This document shows, in pieces, positions 34,689-43,962 of a stretch of 64,000 nucleotides of DNA. Under the pieces are notes generated by a model. It saw only the letters and a list, made by a program, of their open reading frames with translations. It ran no database searches and was not told the origin of the DNA. Positions within the stretch are counted from its first letter, which is position 1. Each line of letters begins with the position of its first letter. The translations under genes and the position numbers were made by a program. Location of the stretch: NCBI GenBank assembly GCA_964586595.1, contig CAZPHB010000010.1, positions 3,995-67,994 of the forward strand, in the 5' to 3' direction. The stretch comes from an uncultured Flavobacteriaceae bacterium (GTDB lineage: Bacteria; Bacteroidota; Bacteroidia; NS11-12g; UBA955).

Positions 34689-36605
34689 ATGAAACAAAGA
34701 TTTTTATTCCTCTGCATCCTTCTGATGTTGCCGGTCATTTCGGTTTCTGCCCAAAAAAAGGAGGATTTTGTTCCGCCTCCGCCACCCGACGAGCCGGCGC
34801 TTACCACAACACCCCGCGCCTGGCTGATTGATTATGAAATCAATGATTCTTTTGCAGGGTTTGAAGTGTTGGATTCTGCCGCCAGATACGGGCGGTTTTT
34901 CCTTGGAGGGGAAGACCATCGCTTCATGAACTTCAACAGCAGCATGGAATTGAAACTCATGCGCTACCTGCATGCGCGCGGTGGCGTGCGGCACATGATC
35001 CTGGAGCTGGGCTATGCCCGAGGTTATGTGTTGCAGCAGTACATCAATACCGGCGATTCTGTATGGTTGGATATTCTGGAAAACACTACCGGAAGCGAAT
35101 ACATGGAGATGTATCGCGCCATGAGGGAATGGAATCGGCAATTGCCTGATTCGGCCAAGGTCATCGTGACCGGCATAGATGTGGAACGTTATACCGATGT
35201 GCCGCTGCTGTTGCTGGAACAATTGCTTCCGGATTCAGGAATCCCCGACGCGTTGCTGGTGGGCGTGGAAGCCATGAAGGGTCTGGCCCGGCAGATCTAC
35301 TACGGTGATGGCGAAATCCCTTTCGGGGGTGTAGAGGAGGATGAAGGCTTTGATTCGGAATTGGTCAACGTTTCTTCAGAGAACTACGAAGTGCGCCCCA
35401 CCTTGAAACGCTTTCTGGCGGAATACGACAGTTTAAAGCCCTTGTACCGCAACTACCTCGGAAAGAATGATGCCGTTGTGGAAGTGTTGCTGAATTCCCT
35501 CAGGCAATACCTGCAATGGGATGATTATGAATACACGCCGTATCAATATACGTACCGCGAAAAGGTGATGTATGACAACATGAAGGCATTGCTGCAACGC
35601 GATCCGCAGGGTAAATTCTACGGACAGTTTGGTCGTTGTCATGCAGGCACTGCGGTGCAAAACGGACCCTGTGGATGGTTGCATTTCCATTCCATCTCCC
35701 AAAAAATGGCTACACTGATGCCGGAGCCGCTGCGCAATCAGGTCATCACCATCGGATATTTTTATTCAGGCGATGAAGCAGACGATGACGACGATTCGAA
35801 GCGCGCGCAGGAGCAGGAAATTCGTGCTTTTGCCGATGAAACACCGGAAGGTCGGGTTGCTTTGTTTTCGCTGGATCAGCAAAAGCAGGCATTTCCCGTG
35901 CTCACATCCCGATACGATTTTGTGCTGTTTTACAACGATGAGGAATCTTTTTATGATGAGGATGAATACGAAGGCTACGACGATGAATACGATTACGAGT
36001 TTACCCATTTTGGCTACGTGTATCACCGCGAATGGGGGAAAACATCCCGGCTGAATACTGCACTCAACGCACTTGGATTGCCTGCTGTGCCACAGATTCC
36101 AGTGCTGCAAGGTTTTGACATCAGTTATTTCCCGAGGAAATATTCAGATGAAGCTGGCGGAAGGTTGAGTGTATTGTGGATGCCCACGCAAACCCGGCGG
36201 TTTGGCGCTCAGGCAGATTCGATGATGCGGTTCAACATGTTCCGGGTGTTTACGGAATCGTTTTTCGACATCCTGGAATCAGGCCATTTCAACCTGGCCC
36301 TCGGGTCGGGTTTCGGCTACGGCCTTTCGCGCCTGGAACTGAAGAAGGAAGGACAGGTTGTTGATTTCAGAAATCCGCAGCCCAACACGCGCACCTTGTA
36401 CCGCAATCCTGCACTTTGGCTCAGCCTGGGGGCACATGCCCGCGCTGCAATTGGTCCCCTGAGCATTGGGGTTTCCGGTGGCATCGCACACGATTTTTCA
36501 AAGCCGGCATGGCGTTTTGAAGGCAAACGCCTCGACGGAACGCCATCTTTTGCACAGCACATGAAATACCTGGAGGCCACCATTGGCTTCGTAATCAAAG
36601 AATGA
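34689..36605 (+). CDS. secreted protein: erythromycin-esterase/Tiki-like N-domain, acidic linker, predicted C-terminal beta-barrel
   Basis: Signal peptide. FFLGGEDHRF...MILELGYARGYVLQQYINTGD resembles the GE.tH...E block of the Ere/ChaN (Tiki) superfamily. Has DEADDDDDS and YDEDEYEGYDDEYDYE runs. C-terminus shows alternating beta pattern. Confidence 0.45.
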   Translation: MKQRFLFLCILLMLPVISVSAQKKEDFVPPPPPDEPALTTTPRAWLIDYEINDSFAGFEVLDSAARYGRFFLGGEDHRFMNFNSSMELKLMRYLHARGGVRHMILELGYARGYVLQQYINTGDSVWLDILENTTGSEYMEMYRAMREWNRQLPDSAKVIVTGIDVERYTDVPLLLLEQLLPDSGIPDALLVGVEAMKGLARQIYYGDGEIPFGGVEEDEGFDSELVNVSSENYEVRPTLKRFLAEYDSLKPLYRNYLGKNDAVVEVLLNSLRQYLQWDDYEYTPYQYTYREKVMYDNMKALLQRDPQGKFYGQFGRCHAGTAVQNGPCGWLHFHSISQKMATLMPEPLRNQVITIGYFYSGDEADDDDDSKRAQEQEIRAFADETPEGRVALFSLDQQKQAFPVLTSRYDFVLFYNDEESFYDEDEYEGYDDEYDYEFTHFGYVYHREWGKTSRLNTALNALGLPAVPQIPVLQGFDISYFPRKYSDEAGGRLSVLWMPTQTRRFGAQADSMMRFNMFRVFTESFFDILESGHFNLALGSGFGYGLSRLELKKEGQVVDFRNPQPNTRTLYRNPALWLSLGAHARAAIGPLSIGVSGGIAHDFSKPAWRFEGKRLDGTPSFAQHMKYLEATIGFVIKE

Positions 36606-37330
36606 TGAAAGAGATTCCCAACCTGCTCACCCTTTCCAACCTGGCCTGTGGCATTCTGGCCATTGCCGCGGTCCTCGAGGGGCATCCAATCACGGCCTCC
36701 TGGCTCATCTTGCTTGCGGCCGGTTTCGATTTTCTGGATGGTTTTGCCGCCAGATTGCTGAAGGCACAGTCGCCCATAGGCCTCCAGTTGGATTCGCTGG
36801 CCGACCTGGTAACCTTTGGTGTAGCGCCCGGATTCATCATGCAATACCTGGCCATCAGCAATGGATATTGTTCTGCAGAAGGATTTTGTCCGAATACCTA
36901 TGTATTCCTGGCCATTCCGCTGGCCTCGGCCTACCGTTTGGCGAAATTCAATGTTGATGAACGACAAACGCAGGGTTTCATCGGCGTGCCCACACCCGCC
37001 AATGGCTTACTTATTGCTTCTTTCCCCTTCATTGTTGAAGCACATGGATTGCTTGAGCCACTGGTTACACACTTCCGTTTTGTAACCTTGTTCCCCGTAG
37101 TTTCAGCATACCTTTTGGTGGGCGAATTACCGCTGATGGCCTTCAAGTTCAAATCATTCAGCCCTAAAGCGCAACCGTTTCATTACATCTTTTTATTGGT
37201 GTTGTTGGCGGGAATTGTGGTACAAGGCTGGCAATCAGTTCCGTGGGTTTTTGTGGCATATCTGCTGCTTTCTGCCGCCGATCAGTTGTGGCGCAGGCGT
37301 CGCAGTGCTCAATCTGAAGGAACAAACTAA
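36602..37330 (+). CDS. pssA: CDP-diacylglycerol--serine O-phosphatidyltransferase
   Basis: CDP-alcohol phosphatidyltransferase motif DFLDGFAARLLKAQSPIGLQLDSLAD. Confidence 0.85.
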   Translation: MMKEIPNLLTLSNLACGILAIAAVLEGHPITASWLILLAAGFDFLDGFAARLLKAQSPIGLQLDSLADLVTFGVAPGFIMQYLAISNGYCSAEGFCPNTYVFLAIPLASAYRLAKFNVDERQTQGFIGVPTPANGLLIASFPFIVEAHGLLEPLVTHFRFVTLFPVVSAYLLVGELPLMAFKFKSFSPKAQPFHYIFLLVLLAGIVVQGWQSVPWVFVAYLLLSAADQLWRRRRSAQSEGTN

Positions 37331-37343
37331 TTTTGCAACACCT

Positions 37344-37862
37344 ATGGCTAAAGTAGCAATCATCATGGGTTCGGACTCCGACCTGCCGGTGATGCAGGAG
37401 GCCGCCCGCATCCTGGAACATTTTGGCGTAGCCTACGAGCTCACCGTGGTTTCTGCCCACCGCACCCCTGCGCGGATGTTTGACTTTGCAGGGAAGGCGC
37501 ACAGCTTGGGCTTCGGTGTCATCATCGCAGGCGCCGGAGGCGCTGCCCATCTGCCCGGAATGGTGGCAAGTCTTACGCACCTTCCTGTTATTGGCGTGCC
37601 GGTGCAGTCAAGAACCATGTCTGGCTTAGATTCCCTGTATTCCATTGTGCAAATGCCTCCCGGTGTGCCTGTGGCTACGATGGCCATCAACGGCGCCCGC
37701 AATGCCGGAATCATGGCTGCACAAATGCTCGCCATCAGCAATCCGGATTTGGCACAAAAAGTTCAGGACTTTAAGAAAGGTCTGGAACAGGAAGTACTCA
37801 AGAAGGCAGAAAAGCTCGAAGCGCAGGGGTTCGAAGATTACCTCAACAGCAATAATTTCTGA
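37344..37862 (+). CDS. purE: 5-(carboxyamino)imidazole ribonucleotide mutase
   Basis: VAIIMGSDSDLPVM...SAHRTP...AGGAAHLPGMVAS. ATG at 37344. Confidence 0.92.
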   Translation: MAKVAIIMGSDSDLPVMQEAARILEHFGVAYELTVVSAHRTPARMFDFAGKAHSLGFGVIIAGAGGAAHLPGMVASLTHLPVIGVPVQSRTMSGLDSLYSIVQMPPGVPVATMAINGARNAGIMAAQMLAISNPDLAQKVQDFKKGLEQEVLKKAEKLEAQGFEDYLNSNNF

Positions 37863-38440
37863 TGATCATTGTTGGCGAAGCCCTGCTGAGTGAAGACATC
37901 CTTGAGGCGCATTTTGCCTGTCAATTGCAGCAGTGTAAAGGCGACTGTTGCGTGCAAGGCGATGTAGGTGCGCCACTGGAGGAAGCAGAAATTCCCATCA
38001 TCGAATCGGAGCTGTCGGCAATGTTGGAAGTGTTGCCCGAACGGAGCCAGGAGCTGCTGAATTCGGGTCCTTTTTGGGAACGTGACCAGGATGAAGAAGC
38101 GGTGATTCGCTGTCATCCGGATGGAACCTGCGTTTTTGCCATCAATGAACAGGGCATCACGTTGTGCGGTATGGAGCAGGCTTGGCGGCAGGGCCTTACT
38201 GCTTTTCGGAAGCCGCTCAGCTGTCATTTGTATCCCATCAGAAGTAAAAATTACGGGGAGTTTACCGTGATGAATTACCATCGCTGGGACATTTGTCAGA
38301 GTGCCTGTGCTGCTGGTCGAACGCAGGAAATCCCATTATTCCGCTTTCTGAAGGAAGCACTGATCCGTAAAATGGGGCCTTCCTGGTATGAAGAACTGGA
38401 AGCAGTAGCTGCAGCCAGAACTTCCGGTTCAGGCCTCTGA
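37862..38440 (+). CDS. DUF3109 family Cys-rich protein
   Basis: LLSEDILEAHFACQLQQCKGDCCVQGDVGAPL is the typical DUF3109 N-terminus. Confidence 0.65.
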   Translation: MIIVGEALLSEDILEAHFACQLQQCKGDCCVQGDVGAPLEEAEIPIIESELSAMLEVLPERSQELLNSGPFWERDQDEEAVIRCHPDGTCVFAINEQGITLCGMEQAWRQGLTAFRKPLSCHLYPIRSKNYGEFTVMNYHRWDICQSACAAGRTQEIPLFRFLKEALIRKMGPSWYEELEAVAAARTSGSGL

Positions 38441-38776
38441 ATGCAAAGCTTCCCAATAGGCCACGGCCCTCCGGGTATGTGGAATCACGATGGTTCCGCC
38501 AACAATATTGGCCACGGCCAGCACTTCAAAAAGTTCTTCGGTATGCACACCTTGTTCCATGCATTTCCCTAAATGGTACTTTACGCAATCATCACAGCGC
38601 AATACCAAAGAGGCAACCAGACCAAGCATTTCCTTGGTTTTTACACTCAATGCACCTTCCTGATAGGTTTGTGTGTCCAGGTTGAATAAGCGTTTCAGCA
38701 CCAGATTGTCGGCACTCAGGATTTTTTCGTTCATGGTGGAACGAAACTGTTCGAATGATTCAACTTCAGAATTCAT
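38429..38776 (-). CDS. carboxymuconolactone decarboxylase/AhpD-like family protein
   Basis: CDDCVKYH CxxC block in a helical protein of about 115 aa. ATG at 38776. Confidence 0.75.
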   Translation of the reverse strand: MNSEVESFEQFRSTMNEKILSADNLVLKRLFNLDTQTYQEGALSVKTKEMLGLVASLVLRCDDCVKYHLGKCMEQGVHTEELFEVLAVANIVGGTIVIPHTRRAVAYWEALHSEA

Positions 38777-38784
38777 AGTTTCTG

Positions 38785-38816
38785 TTTGCAAGGTACTGGG
38801 TAAAGGTGTATTTTTG
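38785..38816 (+). promoter_or_regulatory. Bacteroidota sigmaA-type promoter of tRNA-Phe (-33 TTTG / -7 TATTTTTG)
   Basis: TTTG at 38785-38788, 20-nt spacer, TATTTTTG at 38809-38816. tRNA starts at 38850. Confidence 0.5.
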
Positions 38817-38849
38817 CACCTCGTTTTGGGACCAATCCCATATCGTGTT

Positions 38850-38922
38850 GGTATCGTAGCTCAGTTGGTAGAGCAAAGGACTGAAAATCCTTGTGTCGGC
38901 GGTTCGATTCCGTCCGATACCA
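38850..38922 (+). tRNA. tRNA-Phe (anticodon GAA)
   Basis: Acceptor GGTATCG/CGATACC, D arm GCTC-AGTTGGTA-GAGC, anticodon arm AAGGA-CTGAAAA-TCCTT, T arm GGCGG-TTCGATT-CCGTC. Confidence 0.93.
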
Positions 38923-38928
38923 CAAAGA

Positions 38929-38953
38929 AGGCCTGAATATCGGGCCTTTTTTT
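38929..38953 (+). terminator. rho-independent terminator after tRNA-Phe
   Basis: AGGCC-TGAATATCG-GGCCT followed by TTTTTTT. Confidence 0.65.
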
Positions 38954-39014
38954 ATGCCTGTTGGCGAACGCAACAACCGGCAGGGCTGCTCGTTTATAAG
39001 AATGTAACCAAACC

Positions 39015-39665
39015 ATGCGGAAGGTTATCTTGCTGATATTGCTTTATGGCGCACAGGAAACTGCAGCACAATTGCCGGCGGTTAGGGACTCTTTGCGTCT
39101 GTGGTTTGCTGCCAAATCAACTTTAACCATGTCGCTGGACGGCAGAAGTTCCTTTATTGGCAGTGCACCGGCGTCTGTGTTGGGCGCCCGTATCGGTTGG
39201 GATTACGGCCGTGTTGGGGTTTATGCAGGTTGCTATACGTTGAGGCGAAAGATTGTTTCCCTGCAATCCATCCGCAATGGAGATACCTTGTACCGCAAGC
39301 TTGGCATGAGCTATGCAAGCGCCACATTTGAATATTTACTGTACAAAGACACGCGCTGGGAGGTGAACGTGCCTGCGCAGCTGGGAATTGGTTTGGCATC
39401 AAGAACCAATATCCGCAATGGCGTGCAGGAAGGAACCACGCGTGTACCCATGTTTCCCCTTGAAGTACAGGTAACCGCCCTGTACAGGATCATGCGTTAC
39501 GCCGGCCTCTATGCCGGACTTGGATTCAGAATGGCCAATGGGGCAGGGCCCTCTTTTAACGGATCTATTTATTCCATGGGCATTTCGGTATTCACGGGAA
39601 CACTGTATCGCGACTTGCGCAAGCACATGGAACGTAAAGAGCCCTTCCCCGGGTACTTATTTTAA
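39015..39665 (+). CDS. predicted outer-membrane beta-barrel protein, unknown function
   Basis: Signal peptide ending AAQ. Alternating hydrophobic pattern with aromatic-rich strands. Confidence 0.45.
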   Translation: MRKVILLILLYGAQETAAQLPAVRDSLRLWFAAKSTLTMSLDGRSSFIGSAPASVLGARIGWDYGRVGVYAGCYTLRRKIVSLQSIRNGDTLYRKLGMSYASATFEYLLYKDTRWEVNVPAQLGIGLASRTNIRNGVQEGTTRVPMFPLEVQVTALYRIMRYAGLYAGLGFRMANGAGPSFNGSIYSMGISVFTGTLYRDLRKHMERKEPFPGYLF

Positions 39666-41366
39666 CCTGGCTTTGCGCGCTTCTACCTCTTCGTAGTTTT
39701 TCAGAAACTCTTCAATCTTCTCTACATCAATCTTCTTGGCAATCACCTTCTTGCTTTGGTCGAGGATGAAAATGGTTGGATTCGAAATGTTGTTGTAGTT
39801 GTACAGGTTGAGGTGCCAGATGGAGTTTTCTTCCAGCCTGCAAACGTTCACCCATTCTTTGATTTCAGGATGCTTCTGCAAATATTCTTTCCACTCTTTC
39901 TCTTTATCTCTGCTGGAAATAGCATACACCTTCCAACCTTCATTTTTGTGTTTTAGGTATGTGCTGTACAATTCGGGTACCACCTTCTGGCAATGGCCAC
40001 AGGTTGGATCCCAAAAGATGACGAACGTATAAGGAGCCTGCAATGCGAAAAGGCGCTTGGGCACCCCAGCAGTGTCGAACAATTGAAGATCCGGAGCTCT
40101 GGTGCCGCAAAGGGTATGGCTCATTCGGTCTGCACCTTCGCACATTTTGGCCACAGTGGCGGAATCACACCACCATGCGCGGCCCTGGCAATAATAATTT
40201 TTGGCCATGTGGACGAACACACCGTCTTCGATACACATAATCTTGCTCGTCTCAAACTTGTTGGTGATGTACCAAATCAGGTATTTTTCATTTTCTACGG
40301 AACATCCTGCGCGCGCAATCAGGCGATCGGCCTCATAGGTAATGGAATCAACCACGGGGATCACCAAGTTGTCGAAGTACTCATCGATTTTCTTTTTCAA
40401 TACATTGTAAGGCGAGCGGATCAAGCCATCTTCACACAAATCCACTTTGTCCCAAAAATGTTCTTTGTACCGGTACACTGCGGCCATGCTGTCGGGCTTG
40501 CCGTCTTTGCCTATGGGAATTTCACGGGATACATCCGGCTCCTGAACGGACAGAAGGAATTTGGACAAATAATGTTTGGGGTATTTCTGGATGTAGAGGC
40601 TGTCCAGTTCATTGTTCCGGATATCTACTTCCTGCAGTTTGGCTTCCAGGCCCGACATCTGTATCACCAGGGCTGCCTTGGCAACTTTTTCTGTTTTGGT
40701 CAGTTGTTCCGGGAATTTAGAAATGCTGTCTTTCAGCGTGCGCAAGTCTTGGCTGAGGTAATATCTTTTTTCGGCATAAACCCTTCTGCTGATGTTGTAG
40801 GCTGCAAATGCAGCATTTGCCTCGTGGCCATCTACCTTCATTTTGCTGTAGTAATCGCCGTTCCAGGAAGTATCTGTGGTAATGATGAAGTCCTGGTCAT
40901 CGTCAATCACCAATTCGAACATTTCAGATTTTCCGTTGAACACGAACAGATACATTCCGCGTTGCAGGCGCTTGGTTCCTGTAAAAACTGCAACCCCGTT
41001 TTTATCGGCTACAGCGGTGTCGCGCAGGTATTTCGCATCTGCAAAATGGTCGGCCAGATAAACCATGCCCGGCTTCATGCCCTTCAGGCGAATTTCTATG
41101 CGGTAATTACCGGCTGTTCTTCCGTCCCAGGTGGGTACATTTTTCAGTTTAGGATAAACGCCTACCGGATTCCTTTCTGCCCAGTTCATGAACGGAGTAA
41201 CGGGGCCTAAGGTTTGTGGCTTGGCCGCCTGAATGAAGGGCTGATTCACAGGTGGCGGTGGTGGCGGTGGTTCAGACAAATTCGGCTTGCCGATTTGTTG
41301 GCCACTGAGGCTGCCTGCGAGCATCAAGGAGCAAAGCATCAGGTTAAAGCGGTTGGTGATCTTCAT
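39657..41366 (-). CDS. TlpA-like thiol:disulfide oxidoreductase with large N-terminal extension
   Basis: C-terminal thioredoxin fold with WDPTCGHCQKV. Signal peptide followed by a PPPPPPP run. Confidence 0.75.
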   Translation of the reverse strand: MKITNRFNLMLCSLMLAGSLSGQQIGKPNLSEPPPPPPPVNQPFIQAAKPQTLGPVTPFMNWAERNPVGVYPKLKNVPTWDGRTAGNYRIEIRLKGMKPGMVYLADHFADAKYLRDTAVADKNGVAVFTGTKRLQRGMYLFVFNGKSEMFELVIDDDQDFIITTDTSWNGDYYSKMKVDGHEANAAFAAYNISRRVYAEKRYYLSQDLRTLKDSISKFPEQLTKTEKVAKAALVIQMSGLEAKLQEVDIRNNELDSLYIQKYPKHYLSKFLLSVQEPDVSREIPIGKDGKPDSMAAVYRYKEHFWDKVDLCEDGLIRSPYNVLKKKIDEYFDNLVIPVVDSITYEADRLIARAGCSVENEKYLIWYITNKFETSKIMCIEDGVFVHMAKNYYCQGRAWWCDSATVAKMCEGADRMSHTLCGTRAPDLQLFDTAGVPKRLFALQAPYTFVIFWDPTCGHCQKVVPELYSTYLKHKNEGWKVYAISSRDKEKEWKEYLQKHPEIKEWVNVCRLEENSIWHLNLYNYNNISNPTIFILDQSKKVIAKKIDVEKIEEFLKNYEEVEARKARLK

Positions 41367-41415
41367 GCGAATCGAAGTATATTGCTTTCAAATTTCGCAA
41401 AATTTGTTCCAATTG

Positions 41416-41772
41416 ATGACGGAGCCTTCCAGGATGTCTTTTTATGAGCAGGTGTATGAAGTGGTGCGCCTCATTCCTTACGGAAGGGTAACAACTTACG
41501 GCGCCATTGCGCGCTATTTGGGTACAGGGAAAAGCAGCAGGCTGGTGGGCTGGGCCATGAATCAAAGTCATTTCATGGAGCCGCCGGTTCCGGCTCATCG
41601 GGTGGTGAACCGATTGGGCATGCTCAGCGGTAAAGCGCATTTTCCTCCGGATGATTCCATGGAGTCCCGTCTGGCAAGGGAAGGCATACAGGTAGCCAAC
41701 GACCGCATTGTCCATTTTGAACAACTTTTATGGGATCCGGCAAACATGCTTCATTCATGCATCGATTTTTAA
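41416..41772 (+). CDS. MGMT-family DNA-binding protein lacking the acceptor cysteine (alkyltransferase-like, ATL)
   Basis: IPYGRVTTYGAIA...VPAHRVVN: the canonical PCHRV has Ala in place of Cys. Alternative ATG at 41434. Confidence 0.75.
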   Translation: MTEPSRMSFYEQVYEVVRLIPYGRVTTYGAIARYLGTGKSSRLVGWAMNQSHFMEPPVPAHRVVNRLGMLSGKAHFPPDDSMESRLAREGIQVANDRIVHFEQLLWDPANMLHSCIDF

Positions 41773-43481
41773 AATACTTATGGTGCTTCGGTGTGCTTGT
41801 TGGTGAAGTACACGGCCAAAAACCGGAGTATCTGTTTTACTCGTGGGATGCCAATAAGCTGCCGCAAACCATTCCGGTCGGATGTCGGGAAAATGAACCG
41901 ATGCTGCTTGCGGAAACGCGCATCGTGGAATTTGCTGTTGATGCGGTGTACATCCTCCAGCACCGTAAAGTTTATTATCCTTCCTGGGCGGCAACAACGA
42001 AGCACAGGGGCGAACCGGTTCAGGGCAAATTGCTGATGATGCAGGCCCGCTTGCTGGATGCCTCAGGTGGAATGCTGGAAACCAATACCGGCAGGTTGCT
42101 GGCAGCCGATACGCAGGAAAATTTTGGTGTGATGATGTTTGGGGGCCGTAAGCCTGCCTGTGTGCTCGAATATCTGACGGTGGTGAAGGAAGCTCCGCTC
42201 AAGTACCTGAATATACAATATCTGCTGGCACCGGTGCAGGCAACAAGGCTGTTGCTGGTTCATCCGCCAGAACTTACCGTGGCGTATTCCTTTACCGGCC
42301 TTGACGCTGTTTCAGAACGCTATAATCGGGATGAAAAGGTATTTACCGAAGTTCAACTGAAGCAAGTACTGCTCGATTCGCAAATGAGGTCCACCATACT
42401 TCCGACTGCCCGTTTGGTGGTGAAAAGAACTAATACAGGGTACGTGCAGGATTGGCCTCAGGTGGCCGTGCAGTTAAGAAAACAATTCTTGGAAGCTTCA
42501 TTGGCTCCGAGGGAAGAAAAGCAAATCCGTGCCGTGTATCGCCGGCTTAAGCAGGGGCATCCGGCACCCCTGAAAAAACAAATCATGTCCATTCCGGAAT
42601 TGTTTCGGCGCGAAAAGCTTTCATTCAGCCATAAAGCCATGCATCACCTGCTGCTGTTGATGGATGTTCCACATGAATTCGTTTTGGCAACGGACCGAAC
42701 CAGGGCGCCTTTGGATACATCACTGGCTTTTTTACCGGATATTTCAGAAACTTTTCTTTGGATTCCGGCCATAAAGACTGCCATTACCACAGGTGGTCGT
42801 TTTACAGAAACATTGCCCCTGGAGTATGCAGGCTGTATGGCCCTTTTTATCCCCATGGAAGCCTACAGTATTCCTTTATGGAAGGAGTTTCCGCTTCCCG
42901 AGGCGGGCATCAATAAGAACCAGGCAGTTGTAATTTATACCGGAAACGCCATGCTTCAATTTAAACAGCAATTTGAGGGAAATGAGGCAGCCCTGTGGAA
43001 GGATTATGGTCGATTAAACGGCGAACAAAGAGGGGAGGCAGATGTTGCTGTTTGCCGGTCGCTGATTCCCGAATCCTGGTTATTGGATGCGCGGGCGCAA
43101 CAGTTGCCGGACAAGGCTTTTTCTTTTGAAGGGGTTTGTTCATTCCCGGATGTTTTTTCCGCGGATGACAGCGTGTTCAGCCTCGAGGCAGCGCAACTGC
43201 TTTTGCCTCAGATACCGCTGGAAGCGTTTCCCGGAACACTATGGGAGCGCAGTCTGCGTATTCCAGTGGCTTACCTTGAAGATGCAGCAACCTGGAGCAA
43301 CGACGCAGCGCAAGTATATCGGGACGCAGTTTCAACAGTGAGCTATACCCAGAAAAAAGATGACGAATGGTTGGAATTGACTGTGCGCATAAACATCCAC
43401 GGTTGTTGCACACGGCGTTACATAGAAACGGGAAGCCTCAGGCTCCCCGCTTCCATTACTCTTAGGAAAAAATCAAGTTGA
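41757..43481 (+). CDS. exported hypothetical protein (574 aa)
   Basis: Signal-like MHRFLKYLWCFGVLVGEVHGQ. No motif I can name. 16-nt overlap with the upstream gene. Confidence 0.5.
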   Translation: MHRFLKYLWCFGVLVGEVHGQKPEYLFYSWDANKLPQTIPVGCRENEPMLLAETRIVEFAVDAVYILQHRKVYYPSWAATTKHRGEPVQGKLLMMQARLLDASGGMLETNTGRLLAADTQENFGVMMFGGRKPACVLEYLTVVKEAPLKYLNIQYLLAPVQATRLLLVHPPELTVAYSFTGLDAVSERYNRDEKVFTEVQLKQVLLDSQMRSTILPTARLVVKRTNTGYVQDWPQVAVQLRKQFLEASLAPREEKQIRAVYRRLKQGHPAPLKKQIMSIPELFRREKLSFSHKAMHHLLLLMDVPHEFVLATDRTRAPLDTSLAFLPDISETFLWIPAIKTAITTGGRFTETLPLEYAGCMALFIPMEAYSIPLWKEFPLPEAGINKNQAVVIYTGNAMLQFKQQFEGNEAALWKDYGRLNGEQRGEADVAVCRSLIPESWLLDARAQQLPDKAFSFEGVCSFPDVFSADDSVFSLEAAQLLLPQIPLEAFPGTLWERSLRIPVAYLEDAATWSNDAAQVYRDAVSTVSYTQKKDDEWLELTVRINIHGCCTRRYIETGSLRLPASITLRKKSS

Positions 43482-43491
43482 AGGAAAGGTC

Positions 43492-43896
43492 TTAGTTGCT
43501 CTTCTTGAGCAGGTAACGGCTGATGACAATACCATTGCCGCCGGAACCTTGTCCGCTGGGTGTTGATGTAAATGCGGAGGTAACGCTCATCAATTCCCAT
43601 CCTTCGGCGGCATAAGCTTCCAATTTGGTGGTAATCTGCGCATCGTTAAAGCGGATGTTTTCGAAATTGATGCCGACCATGCTGTAAAAGTTCTCCAACT
43701 TTACTTCTTCCACAGCACCGGTCTTATCGGTGGCAATCATTCTGGAACGTGCCAGCCCGCCGGGAACCGCGCTTTCAATGGTGGTAAGTTGCAAATACTG
43801 ATGGGTTGCATTGGTTGATTTCTGGGTGAAACTCATCAATGCCGCGGCTGAACCGATGAGGGTTGCCGAAAGTAGGAACAGGTGAAGTTTTTTCAT
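43492..43896 (-). CDS. small exported protein (DUF4177-like)
   Basis: ATG at 43896. Signal MKKLHLFLLSATLIGSAAA. C-terminal AAEGWELMSV block. Confidence 0.45.
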   Translation of the reverse strand: MKKLHLFLLSATLIGSAAALMSFTQKSTNATHQYLQLTTIESAVPGGLARSRMIATDKTGAVEEVKLENFYSMVGINFENIRFNDAQITTKLEAYAAEGWELMSVTSAFTSTPSGQGSGGNGIVISRYLLKKSN

Positions 43897-43962
43897 GAGT
43901 ATAATTTCCATTGATTCTTTCCAAATCTTATGCCGTTTTTGCTGTGCGTGTTATTTTGCAAC

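Noticed and set aside
41240-41270. Seven consecutive prolines (EPPPPPPPV) near the N-terminus of the TlpA-like protein, considered as a translational-stalling or regulatory feature.
   Set aside because: It lies just after the signal peptide and is most simply a flexible linker. Nothing in the flanking sequence suggests attenuation.
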